The notes under the pieces were generated by a model. It did no database searches. It worked only from the letters and a program-made list of their open reading frames with translations, and was not told the DNA's origin. This document shows, one piece after another, positions 37,682 through 47,138 of a stretch of 64,000 nt of DNA (positions are counted from its first letter, which is position 1; each line of letters opens with the position of its first letter). The stretch covers positions 160,001-224,000 of the forward strand of contig OY762209.1 of NCBI GenBank assembly GCA_963665295.1, in the 5' to 3' direction. The position numbers and the translations under genes are program-made. This DNA comes from Syntrophorhabdaceae bacterium (GTDB lineage Bacteria; Desulfobacterota; Syntrophorhabdia; Syntrophorhabdales; Syntrophorhabdaceae).

Positions 37682-38020
37682 ATGGAAAATATGAAACTTG
37701 CATACAAGGTATGGCTTGATAGGGGCGGCAAGGCATTCGGGGAAGGGCCCTTCCGGCTGCTCAAACTTGTTGAAAAAACGGGTTCCCTCCACCAGGCCGC
37801 CATGGAGATGAAGATGTCGTACCGCAAGGCCTGGCTCACCATTCGCGCCATTGAAGAGAGGCTCGGATTCTCCCTTCTCGAACGGCATACCGGAGGCCAC
37901 TCAGGGGGAGGCTCCACCATCACCCCTGAAGGAGCGGACTTCATGAACCATTACGAGGCGTTTCGGACAGACGTGAAGGAAGCCCTCGACGCCGTTTACA
38001 AGAAGCATTTCGGCTCATAG
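37682..38020 (+). CDS. modE: Short ModE-type regulator (winged HTH only, no TOBE)
   Basis: FGEGPFRLLKLVEKTGSLHQAAMEMKMSYRKAW...GGHSGGGSTIT. Confidence 0.88.
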   Translation: MENMKLAYKVWLDRGGKAFGEGPFRLLKLVEKTGSLHQAAMEMKMSYRKAWLTIRAIEERLGFSLLERHTGGHSGGGSTITPEGADFMNHYEAFRTDVKEALDAVYKKHFGS

Positions 38021-38035
38021 CATGGCGCAGCCGTT

Positions 38036-39664
38036 TCAGGCCGGGTTCAGCCTGGCCTCGATCGCCTGAACAAGCCCTTCCACGCCTTCCTTCTTGAGAC
38101 ATGATACGGAAACGGATTCGTGCCGGTCTTCCATAAGCCTCACCACGCTCCTGTCCACCTTGTCTATCTTGTTGAACACGATAAGACGCGGCTTCCCGCT
38201 TAAGCCCAGGGTGGAGAGTAACCTATCCACCACGTTCATCCGCTCTTCGAAGTCGGGTGCGCTCACGTCCACAAGGTGAAGGAGCAGGTGCGCGTCCTCC
38301 AGTTCCTCCAGGGTAGCCATGAATGCCCGCACAAGCACCTGGGGCAGCCCTTTTATGAATCCCACCGTATCGGTGACGATAATGTTTTTCCGCTCGGGAT
38401 ACTTGATGAGCCGCGTAGTCGGGTTCAGGGTGCTGAACGGCTTGTCTTCCGCTTCCACCTTGCTCTTGGTAAGGAGGTTGAGGAGAGTCGATTTCCCTGA
38501 ATTCGTATATCCCACGATGGAGACTATGGGAATGCCGGAAAGTCGCCTTTTCTCCCTTTTTTTATCCCGCACCTTCTCGATTTCACCAAGGCGCTTCTCC
38601 AGAAAGCCTATCTTCTCCCTTACCCTTCTTTTGTCGATTTCGAGCTTTGTCTCTCCGGGGCCCCTTCCCCCGATCCCGCCGGTCAACCGTGAAAGCGCCG
38701 TATTCCGGCCTGCAAGCCTGGGCAGGATGTACCTCAACTGGGCCAATTCCACCTGGATCTTCGCCTCCGTGGTCTGGGCCCTGCCCGCGAATATGTCCAA
38801 GATAAGCTGGTTCCTGTCGATGACCCTGAGGTCGGTCAAGGCCGATATATTTTTTATCTGGCCGGGAGACAATTCTTCGTCGAACACGAGGAGGTCCACA
38901 CCGAGCTGCTGGCACCTCATGAGGATTTCCTCCACCTTGCCCTTGCCGATAAGGTACTTGGGGTGCAAATCCTTCGGCCTCTGCACTACGGCGTCGAGGA
39001 CGGTGATACCTGCGGAATAACAGAGGTCCTTCATCTCCGCAATATGTTCCTCCACGTCCTTATCCGTTCTCGGCGGGACGACGGACACGACGATGCACCT
39101 TTCCCGGTCGCCTTCGACCAGGTAATACCTTCCCCTCGCCTTGACGAACTCGTTTTCAAGCTCCGTGATGAACTCGATGAAATCCATGTCCAGTTCCTGG
39201 AACGAGAGGGGGCCTATGAAATCCCACACTTGGCCCGATTTGCCTTCAGGCACGAGATGTCCGATGTGGATGAACTCTCCCGCCTCTCCTCTTCTCTCCA
39301 AGATGGAGGCTACGAGGTCGAGCTGAAGGATGGCGAGGTCGCTCAAGTCTTCCTTCGAGAGAAGCTCGCCGTTCAAGTGAGTATGGACAAACCTGAGACC
39401 CCTGAAGCGCGCCCTTCCCACCCGTTCCGTGGTAAGAGGTGGTATTTCTATCTTTGCCCGGTCGCCCACGATCACGCGCTCGACCACGCCCCTCCTGTTG
39501 ATAAGGAGGCCCACCTGGCGTCCCGTGTCCTTCGACACTTCCATAATGTTCCGCGCAACGTCAAAAGGTATGACGTCCGCCGGCTCTATCCTTTTTTTGT
39601 AGAGTTTCTCGAGTCTTCGTTTTGTGAGGTGATCAAGTCCCTGGGTATTTCCGTATATGTCTAT
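38036..39664 (-). CDS. hflX: GTPase HflX, long form, probable ATA start
   Basis: VHTHL, LILDIFAGRA, GGRGPGETKLE, GYTNSGKST, DTVGFI, NKID; frame open upstream of ATG 39544 to IDIYGNTQGL. Confidence 0.92.
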   Translation of the reverse strand: MDIYGNTQGLDHLTKRRLEKLYKKRIEPADVIPFDVARNIMEVSKDTGRQVGLLINRRGVVERVIVGDRAKIEIPPLTTERVGRARFRGLRFVHTHLNGELLSKEDLSDLAILQLDLVASILERRGEAGEFIHIGHLVPEGKSGQVWDFIGPLSFQELDMDFIEFITELENEFVKARGRYYLVEGDRERCIVVSVVPPRTDKDVEEHIAEMKDLCYSAGITVLDAVVQRPKDLHPKYLIGKGKVEEILMRCQQLGVDLLVFDEELSPGQIKNISALTDLRVIDRNQLILDIFAGRAQTTEAKIQVELAQLRYILPRLAGRNTALSRLTGGIGGRGPGETKLEIDKRRVREKIGFLEKRLGEIEKVRDKKREKRRLSGIPIVSIVGYTNSGKSTLLNLLTKSKVEAEDKPFSTLNPTTRLIKYPERKNIIVTDTVGFIKGLPQVLVRAFMATLEELEDAHLLLHLVDVSAPDFEERMNVVDRLLSTLGLSGKPRLIVFNKIDKVDRSVVRLMEDRHESVSVSCLKKEGVEGLVQAIEARLNPA

Positions 39665-39745
39665 AATGTGCCCCTGTGTTTGTCAGGAAGGCAACGCCGT
39701 ATCGGGCGCAGACCGCCTTGTTTTCGCTCCGTCTTCGACCTCGTG

Positions 39746-40258
39746 TCAGGCGCTCGCAATAAGGTCGCGGTCTATTTCCATGCGGGCACAGTACTGTATA
39801 CCATCCAGGAGTATGGCAACCCGCTCTTTCCCGTCAAGCTCTTTTTCAAAAACGCCGCTCAGGTTTTTGAAGGGCCCTTCCTTTATGACAACCCTTTCGC
39901 CTTCCTGAAACCTTCTCTGTTCTATGGTCGCCATCCCGTCTTCAAGCCTGGACTTGATAAAGTCGATCAGATCGTCGCGAACCGGGACGATCCGGCCGCC
40001 GAAATTGACAATGGCCTTAATCCCTCTCGTGTACTTCACAAGACGGAACTCATCGACAGGGTGGAACCTTACAAATATATAGCCGGGAAACATGGGTTCT
40101 ATCACATATACAAAATGACCCTCTTTGAACTTCCTCAGCCTGAGTCTGGGGGCGAGCACCTCTATGCCTCCCTGCTGGAGGTTGTTGGCGGCCCTCTCCT
40201 CATTTCTCGGTTTTGTGGTAACTACGTACCATCTTCTCATGCCTTTATTATCGGCCAA
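39746..40258 (-). CDS. NusG paralog / RfaH-like antiterminator
   Basis: WYVVTTKPRNE, PMFPGYIFV, TRGI..IVNFG, KOW GERVVIKEGPF. Confidence 0.88.
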   Translation of the reverse strand: MADNKGMRRWYVVTTKPRNEERAANNLQQGGIEVLAPRLRLRKFKEGHFVYVIEPMFPGYIFVRFHPVDEFRLVKYTRGIKAIVNFGGRIVPVRDDLIDFIKSRLEDGMATIEQRRFQEGERVVIKEGPFKNLSGVFEKELDGKERVAILLDGIQYCARMEIDRDLIASA

Positions 40259-40533
40259 ATTTAATATATTATCAAGTCCTACCGCAGTTTTCCGGCGATA
40301 TTCCCCGGCTCTTTTCCCTCCCGTCCGACCCTCGGTGTACCCTTTCCGCCCTCATCGGTGGGCACGGAAGTCTTCCTGAAGCCTCGGGGAAAATCACCTT
40401 ACCGCCGTGGCGCCGGTGGGATTCCGGCGATCGGCGGGAGTCGTTTCTGCGGGTTCCACCGCCCTTTCCAAGGCGGCTGTTTTCCCAATAACCGCAAGGA
40501 GATTCCGGGTGGGAGAATATCACCAAAAAAGGC

Positions 40534-40594
40534 TTGACAAAACCTGATAGGGTAAGTATATATGTCCTAAGTGGTAAAGTGTGTTATAAGGTGG
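40534..40594 (+). promoter_or_regulatory. dcw promoter with MraZ-binding repeats
   Basis: TTGACA-N17-TATATA; GTGG/GTGT/GTGG at 10-bp period (40571, 40581, 40591). Confidence 0.75.
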
Positions 40595-40601
40595 GATAAT
40601 A

Positions 40602-41042
40602 ATGTTCGCCGGACGGTATGAATACGGGATAGATGACAAAAACAGGGTGAGTATACCGTCCAAATTCAGGGAGACCCTCTCGACGAATTATGACATGAGG
40701 CTCATCCTCACCAACCTCGATGGTTGTATTGTAGCATTTCCGTATCAGGAGTGGGTAGAACTGCAGGAAAGGATGTCGAAGCGTGAGTCTTCCGGGAAAG
40801 AGGCACGGGCCTTCCTGAGGTTTTTCTATTCGGGGGTTTCCGAGTGTCCCATAGATAAGCTCGGAAGGATTCTTTTACCCCAGTCGTTAAGGACGTACGC
40901 GGGCATCAGGAAGGACGTGGTGATAATCGGGATGTTCCGCAAGATAGAAATATGGGCCCGGGAAGCTTGGGATGATGTAGTGCGAGAGGCCACCGCTGAC
41001 CGTGAAAAGATGAAAGATGTTCTTTCGGACCTCGGTCTTTGA
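40602..41042 (+). CDS. mraZ: MraZ transcriptional regulator
   Basis: IDDKNRVSIPSKFR and DKLGRILLP repeats, KIEIW. Confidence 0.95.
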   Translation: MFAGRYEYGIDDKNRVSIPSKFRETLSTNYDMRLILTNLDGCIVAFPYQEWVELQERMSKRESSGKEARAFLRFFYSGVSECPIDKLGRILLPQSLRTYAGIRKDVVIIGMFRKIEIWAREAWDDVVREATADREKMKDVLSDLGL

Positions 41043-41908
41043 TGATCGTTGCTCATATACCTGTTCTTCTTGAAGCTGTAACAGACAATCTGGTAAGTAA
41101 CGAAACCGGTCTTTTTGTTGATGCGACACTCGGCGGGGCCGGCCACGCACATGCGCTCCTGGAGAAGTACAGGGACCTCAGGCTCATAGGGATCGACGTG
41201 GACGAGGACAACCTGAGGACCGCGGAAGAAAAGTTGAGCGTGTTTAAGGACAGGGTGAGGTTGGTGAGAGGAAACTTCAGAGACCTCGTGCAAATGCTCC
41301 ACTCTCTCGAGGTTCGGTCTATCGACGGCATCCTCTTTGACCTTGGTCTTTCCATGTACCAGATGATGGGAGGGCGCGGGTTCAGTTTCAACGATGACTC
41401 CTTTCTCGATATGAGGATGGACAACAGGGATCCCGTTACTGCCTATGACGTGGTAAACGGATACAGCGCCGACTCGCTGAAAAAGGTATTGGAAGAGTAC
41501 GGGGAAGAATACCTGGCTCAGAGAATAGTGAAGGCGATAGTGGAAGAACGAAGAAGGAAACCGATCACCACCGCGCGGGAGCTCGCGAACGTGGTGCTTA
41601 AAGCCAAGAGAAGGCAGGGGAAGATACACCCTGCGACAAAAACCTTTCAGGCCCTGAGGATAGAGGTGAACCGGGAGCTGGACAGCATCAGAACAGGGGT
41701 GGCGGATGCCATAGATGTGCTCGCCCCCGGAGGGAGGATAGGCGTCATCGCTTTTCATTCCCTCGAAGACCGGATCATAAAGGAGATGTTCAAGACCTCG
41801 CCCTCGCTCAGGCGCCTTACGAAGAAGGTGATCAAACCCGAGAGGCCGGAGATGCTCAGGAATCCCAGCTCCAGAAGTGCGAAGCTCAGAATTGCAGAAA
41901 AACTGTAA
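41039..41908 (+). CDS. rsmH: 16S rRNA m4C1402 methyltransferase
   Basis: HIPVLL, DATLGGAGH, LDMRMD, HPATKTFQALRI, FHSLEDR, SRSAKLR. Confidence 0.97.
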   Translation: MMIVAHIPVLLEAVTDNLVSNETGLFVDATLGGAGHAHALLEKYRDLRLIGIDVDEDNLRTAEEKLSVFKDRVRLVRGNFRDLVQMLHSLEVRSIDGILFDLGLSMYQMMGGRGFSFNDDSFLDMRMDNRDPVTAYDVVNGYSADSLKKVLEEYGEEYLAQRIVKAIVEERRRKPITTARELANVVLKAKRRQGKIHPATKTFQALRIEVNRELDSIRTGVADAIDVLAPGGRIGVIAFHSLEDRIIKEMFKTSPSLRRLTKKVIKPERPEMLRNPSSRSAKLRIAEKL

Positions 41909-41920
41909 CCGGGGGGTAAC

Positions 41921-42232
41921 ATGCAGAAAGTATATGTTTCGCTGAAGAAAGACGTCCATTATCACAGGAGTATTCAATCCACGTTGATAGTCGTGTTCTG
42001 CGTGCTGATCTTCATCGTCGCCTCCTTCTACATGAGAAGCTCTTTCAATGACCAGCGAGAGGAACTGATCGACACCCTCCGGAAGGAAAGGGAGGTCTCA
42101 CAACTCAACGGGAAACTGAAAGTCGAACTTTCCGGCATCACCCGGGGAAGGTATATCGAGCTGAAGGCAAAGGAACGGCTTGGACTCAAGAAGCCGAAAG
42201 AGGAAGAGGTCCTCGTACTGACAAATGAATAA
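41921..42232 (+). CDS. ftsL: Cell division protein FtsL-like
   Basis: Position after rsmH, single TM, coiled coil, IE.KAKERLGL..P. Confidence 0.75.
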   Translation: MQKVYVSLKKDVHYHRSIQSTLIVVFCVLIFIVASFYMRSSFNDQREELIDTLRKEREVSQLNGKLKVELSGITRGRYIELKAKERLGLKKPKEEEVLVLTNE

Positions 42233-43268
42233 AAGGGCTAAACAAAGAGCCTTTTTCATCTGCGCGGCAATATGCGTAATGTACATTGCGGTCGGCCTGG
42301 GATTTGCGGATAAACTGAGCATGAAAAGGGTGGCGAGCACGGAAGAAGTGAGCCCGAAAGCCATGAGTCTCGCCATTCCGAAAACGGGTCTGCGCAATGA
42401 CGCCCAGGCGGCGGTAACCGCGGCCCCGGAGCCCGTTGCGCCTCCCGTGGTCGTGACGCCCGCCAACGTTCCCAAGCCCCTTACCCCGCCGCCCGTGGTT
42501 GTGGCGGAGCCCCCTCAACGTCCGGTCCCGCAGCCTGCCCAGGAGGTCAAAAGCCCCGTCCAGGCCAAGGTGGAGCCGGTTCGCGTGAAACCTGAACCGG
42601 TGCGGCTCCCCGTGTCCGCTTTCGTGCGCGAAGGCTCGACTGCGGAGCCTTCCCTTTTCATCTCCTTCCCCATCGTCTGCTACGCGATCAAGGAGGGTTT
42701 GATAGAAAAGGAAGGTTTGATTTTCATAAAGAAAGGGGGCTATAATACTCTCAGTTGGAAGAAGCCCCTCGATATACTGAAGGATAGAGACGAAGAAGGT
42801 CTAAAGAGCATCTCAAAAGCCATCGGAAAAAAACAGATACTCGGTTTTCTCAAAAAAGAGGGGATATCATGTGCGGATGACAGCGGGGCCGAAGATGTCA
42901 TCCTCGGGAAGGGTTACACAGTGGAAAAGAAGAGGCTTCTCGCTCTTTATGATAAGCATGTATCGGCGGATTATCAGAGACATTTCCCCTACTGCCTGGA
43001 GGGGATAAGTGTTTCGAAAGGCAAGACGGGGTTCGAGTTTGCACGGGCCAGGGACACGGGCAGAGAAACAACCGTGAACGACCAGGAATGGATGATGCCC
43101 AACCTTACCAACCTTACCATAAGGGACGCCATTCAAAAACTTTCCGCCAGGACCGCCAAAATAAAGGTCCATGGGAACGGGACCGTAACCGACCAGGAGC
43201 CCAAACCCTTCCAGAAGACCAGCGGAGAAACGGAATGCGTCATTTACGGGAGGGCCAACAAGCAATGA
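42225..43268 (+). CDS. Degenerate FtsI-like membrane-anchored protein with PASTA domain, no SxxK
   Basis: ftsI slot; TM anchor, Pro-rich linker, transpeptidase-like remnants (AEPSLF...AIKEGLI, GKTG), PASTA MPNLTNLTIRDA...GNGTVTDQEP. Confidence 0.7.
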   Translation: MNKRAKQRAFFICAAICVMYIAVGLGFADKLSMKRVASTEEVSPKAMSLAIPKTGLRNDAQAAVTAAPEPVAPPVVVTPANVPKPLTPPPVVVAEPPQRPVPQPAQEVKSPVQAKVEPVRVKPEPVRLPVSAFVREGSTAEPSLFISFPIVCYAIKEGLIEKEGLIFIKKGGYNTLSWKKPLDILKDRDEEGLKSISKAIGKKQILGFLKKEGISCADDSGAEDVILGKGYTVEKKRLLALYDKHVSADYQRHFPYCLEGISVSKGKTGFEFARARDTGRETTVNDQEWMMPNLTNLTIRDAIQKLSARTAKIKVHGNGTVTDQEPKPFQKTSGETECVIYGRANKQ

Positions 43269-44716
43269 GACTCTCGTCCCTCATAGCCGGTCTGCCCGTC
43301 ATTTCTGCGGACAACGGCTTAGACCTGGAGATCACGGGCATCACCAAGGATTCCAGGGAGGTCCGCGAAGGATACCTGTTCTTCTCCACAAGCCGGAGTA
43401 CCCCTTACATTGCCCAGGCCCTGAAGAACGGGGCGAAGGTCGTGGTATCGGAGAGCGAACCGGAAATACCGGTGCCTTGCTCGATCATCACGGCTGACGT
43501 GAACGGCCTCCTGGGGGACATTTCCTCAAGGTTTTACGGCATGCCTTCGCGAAGTCTTTTTGTGGCCGGCATTACAGGGACCAACGGCAAGACGACCACC
43601 ACCTACCTCATCGAGTCCATGGTGGAAAAAGCAGGAAGAAAGGCGGGAGTTATCGGCACCATCTCATACAGGTATGGAGGCCGTACCCTGAACGCGCCCA
43701 ACACGACTCCCGGCGCCGCGGAACTGCACGGCCTGCTCAGGGACATGGGCGAAGCGGGAACCGAGTTCGTGGCAATGGAAGTCTCTTCCCATGCCCTGGA
43801 CCAGAAACGGGTGGAAGGCATTGATTTCGACATGGGGATATTCACGAACCTTACCCATGATCACCTTGATTATCACGGCACACTGGACAATTACCGGGAA
43901 GCGAAGAGACTCCTTTTCACCCGGTACCTCGAAAAGAGCGTGAAGAGTGCGAAATGGGCGATACTGAACGGGGACGATCCCGCCGTGTCCGCCTTCGCGC
44001 CGGGACCTTCGGTCAAGACCCTTTACTATTCCATCACAGGTGCGGCCGATGCCTGTCTCACCGACTTCCGTGAGGATATCGACGGACTCCGGCTCGAGGC
44101 CTCTCTCATGGGCCGCAAGGTTTCTCTCACGTCTCCCCTGGTGGGTATCTTCAACGCGTCGAACATACTCGCGGCCTGCCTCTTCGGTTATGGCGCGGGC
44201 TTCACCCACGAGACCATAAAGGCAGGGGTGGAATCCCTGGCCGGCGTGCCGGGAAGACTCGAAAGGGTAAGAAATGACAAAGGCATATCCGTCTTTGTGG
44301 ATTATGCCCATACGCCCGATGCGTTGAAAAAGGTCCTCGAACTCCTCGACCGCCTGAAGAGGGGGCGGCTCATCGTCATCTTCGGCTGCGGGGGCGACAG
44401 GGATACAACCAAAAGACCCGTCATGGGCGGCGTGGCATCCCGTCTCGCCGATTTTTCGATCGTCACCTCCGACAACCCGAGAAGCGAAGTACCGGGGAGC
44501 ATCATTGACGATATTACCCGAGGATTTAACGGCGGACCTTTCAGGGTAGTCGAGGACAGAAGAGAGGCGATCGCCGAAGGTGTAAGGATGGCAAGGGAAA
44601 ATGATGTCCTGCTTATTGCAGGCAAAGGCCACGAGGATTACCAGATCATCGGGGACCGGACCATCCATTTCAGTGACAGAGAAGTTGTGGAGGAGTGTTT
44701 GCATGTGGCGCGTTGA
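43265..44716 (+). CDS. murE: MurE ligase (meso-DAP type)
   Basis: GITGTNGKTT, MEVSSH, DHLDYH, DYAHTPDA, DNPR, GKGHE. Confidence 0.97.
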   Translation: MRLSSLIAGLPVISADNGLDLEITGITKDSREVREGYLFFSTSRSTPYIAQALKNGAKVVVSESEPEIPVPCSIITADVNGLLGDISSRFYGMPSRSLFVAGITGTNGKTTTTYLIESMVEKAGRKAGVIGTISYRYGGRTLNAPNTTPGAAELHGLLRDMGEAGTEFVAMEVSSHALDQKRVEGIDFDMGIFTNLTHDHLDYHGTLDNYREAKRLLFTRYLEKSVKSAKWAILNGDDPAVSAFAPGPSVKTLYYSITGAADACLTDFREDIDGLRLEASLMGRKVSLTSPLVGIFNASNILAACLFGYGAGFTHETIKAGVESLAGVPGRLERVRNDKGISVFVDYAHTPDALKKVLELLDRLKRGRLIVIFGCGGDRDTTKRPVMGGVASRLADFSIVTSDNPRSEVPGSIIDDITRGFNGGPFRVVEDRREAIAEGVRMARENDVLLIAGKGHEDYQIIGDRTIHFSDREVVEECLHVAR

Positions 44717-46061
44717 CGACGTAATAAAGGCAGTGAACGGGGTGGCCTTCAGGGTGGAGAAGGATGGGTTTCCTTCAATTTCCACTGATTCGAGGACCAT
44801 AGGCAAAGGGGACCTCTTTGTGCCCGTTTCCGGCGTCAATTTCGACGGCCATCTCTTTGCGCAAAAAGCTTACGAGGCGTCACAGGGAGGTTCTCTCTGC
44901 GACAAGACCCGTGAAGACATATATAAGAATGTGAAAGGCACCGTCATCCTCGTGGATGATACGCTCCAGGCCCTCCTCGACCTCGCCCGGTGGAAACGCC
45001 GGCATATGAGCGGGACGTGCATCGCCATTACGGGAAGCAACGGCAAGACGACCACCAAAGAGATACTCGTGGATATGATGAAGAGGACCTCCTCCGTGGC
45101 GTACAACGAAAAAAACTACAATAACCTCATAGGGGTTTCGCAAAGCATCCTCGCCATCGACGGCGAGCCTGATTTCTTCGTCTTTGAACTGGGAACGAAT
45201 ATGAGGGGCGAGATAAGACGCCTCGCCCTGACAACGGAGCCCGACGCGTCCCTCATCACCAATATCAACCCCTCCCACCTTGAAGGGCTTTCCGACCTCG
45301 AAGGGGTTCTCGAAGAAAAGCTCGACCTCTTCACCCTTACAAAGAAGGGGGGCAAGGTCTTCGTGAACGGGGACGACCCCTATATCCTGCCCCGGTACAG
45401 GGATGCATCCCATACCGCCTGTGTCTACGGCATGGCCGGAAAGACGCCGTTCCACCTTGAGATCGACGAGGACCTGGGTTGGGAAGGATCGCGCATCACC
45501 CTCGCCTTCCCCGGCGAAACGGCGAAGACCCGGACGGCGCTCCTCGGAAAACACAATCTATGCAATATCCTCGCGGCCTCCGCCCTCGCCTATGGCGTGG
45601 GATTCGGCATGAAGGAAATCAAGGAGACCATCGAGACCTTCACCCCTTTTGCCATGCGCTTCACGCCGAAAAAGTCCCGGAAGGGTTTTCTCGTGGTGGA
45701 TGACACGTACAACGCGAACCCCGCTTCCATGGAATGGGCGATCCGCACCCTCGAAGAACTTCCCTGCCGCGGCAGGCGGATTGCGGTCATGGGCGACATG
45801 CGGGAACTCGGAGAAAAGACATCATACTACCACCGGGAGCTTGGGCGGTTTCTGAAGAAGACGTCCATCCCCCTCATCGCACTGGTGGGTGAGCATGTAA
45901 AAGAGACATTCGAAGAACTCGGACCCGAAAGGGCAAGACTTTTCGAGGACAAGGCCGGGCTTATTGAATACGTGCACCATGAGGTCCGGGAAGGAGACAC
46001 CGTCCTGGTCAAGGGATCGCGGCGGGCAAAGATGGAAGAAATAGTGGAGGCCCTGATCTAA
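44703..46061 (+). CDS. murF: MurF ligase
   Basis: TDSR, ITGSNGKTTTKE, DDTYNANPASM, GDMRELG, VKGSR. Confidence 0.96.
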   Translation: MWRVDDVIKAVNGVAFRVEKDGFPSISTDSRTIGKGDLFVPVSGVNFDGHLFAQKAYEASQGGSLCDKTREDIYKNVKGTVILVDDTLQALLDLARWKRRHMSGTCIAITGSNGKTTTKEILVDMMKRTSSVAYNEKNYNNLIGVSQSILAIDGEPDFFVFELGTNMRGEIRRLALTTEPDASLITNINPSHLEGLSDLEGVLEEKLDLFTLTKKGGKVFVNGDDPYILPRYRDASHTACVYGMAGKTPFHLEIDEDLGWEGSRITLAFPGETAKTRTALLGKHNLCNILAASALAYGVGFGMKEIKETIETFTPFAMRFTPKKSRKGFLVVDDTYNANPASMEWAIRTLEELPCRGRRIAVMGDMRELGEKTSYYHRELGRFLKKTSIPLIALVGEHVKETFEELGPERARLFEDKAGLIEYVHHEVREGDTVLVKGSRRAKMEEIVEALI

Positions 46062-47137
46062 TGCTCTATCACCTCCTCTACCCCCTCCACACAGCGTCCA
46101 CGGTCTTCAACGTCTTCAGGTATATTACCTTCAGGACTGTCCTCGCCATACTCTCCGGCCTCATTATCAGCTTCATTCTCACCCCTTACATGATAAAGAA
46201 GTTCCACGAATGGGAAGTAAGGGCCGACAAGAGAGAGGACGTGCCCGACAGCCACGCGGCAAAATCGGGGACACCCACCATGGGCGGCTTCGTGATCCTC
46301 GTCTCCACCCTGATCCCCACCCTCTGCTGGGCGGACCTGACAAATGAATATATCTGGCTCGTTGCCCTCACCATGATCTGTTTCGGGGCCATAGGCTTCA
46401 TGGACGATTTGAGCAAGCTGAAGAAGGGAAGCGGCAAGGGCATATCGGGAAGGACAAAACTCATTCTCCAGATACTCTTCTCCGTCGCTATCGGCGTCTT
46501 CCTCTATGCCAAGGGAGACTTCATCACCAAGCTGACCATACCCTTCTTCAAGAACGCCACGCCCGACCTCGGCATATTCTACATCGCCCTCTGCGTATTT
46601 ATCGTGGTGGCCTCGTCCAACGGCGTCAATCTCACGGACGGACTCGACGGTCTCGCCATAGGTCCCGTGCTTACCGTATGCTCCACGTTCCTCCTCTTCG
46701 CCTACCTCGTGGGGAATGTGAAATTCGCCCAGTACCTCCAGATATTTTACGTACGGGGCGCCGGAGAACTGACCATCCTCTGCGGAGCCATGCTGGGGGC
46801 GGGTATCGGATTTTTGTGGTACAACACCTTTCCCGCCGAACTCTTCATGGGCGACACGGGTTCCCTTTCCCTGGGAGCGTCTCTCGCGGTGATCGCGATC
46901 ATAATAAAGCAGGAGGCCCTCCTGGCCATCGCAGGCGGCATTTTCGTAATCGAAACCTTTTCCGTTATCATACAGGTCCTTTCCTTCAAGTGGCGGGGAA
47001 AGAGGGTCTTCAGAATGGCGCCCATACATCATCATTTCGAGCTTAAGGGCTGGAACGAGGGGAAGATCGTGGTCCGGTTCTGGATCATATCCGTAATCCT
47101 GGCCCTTATTGCGCTCAGTACATTGAAGTTGAGGTGA
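46061..47137 (+). CDS. mraY: Phospho-N-acetylmuramoyl-pentapeptide transferase
   Basis: GTPTMGG, NLTDGLDGLA, FMGDTGS, MAPIHHHFEL. Confidence 0.98.
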   Translation: MLYHLLYPLHTASTVFNVFRYITFRTVLAILSGLIISFILTPYMIKKFHEWEVRADKREDVPDSHAAKSGTPTMGGFVILVSTLIPTLCWADLTNEYIWLVALTMICFGAIGFMDDLSKLKKGSGKGISGRTKLILQILFSVAIGVFLYAKGDFITKLTIPFFKNATPDLGIFYIALCVFIVVASSNGVNLTDGLDGLAIGPVLTVCSTFLLFAYLVGNVKFAQYLQIFYVRGAGELTILCGAMLGAGIGFLWYNTFPAELFMGDTGSLSLGASLAVIAIIIKQEALLAIAGGIFVIETFSVIIQVLSFKWRGKRVFRMAPIHHHFELKGWNEGKIVVRFWIISVILALIALSTLKLR

Positions 47138-47138
47138 T

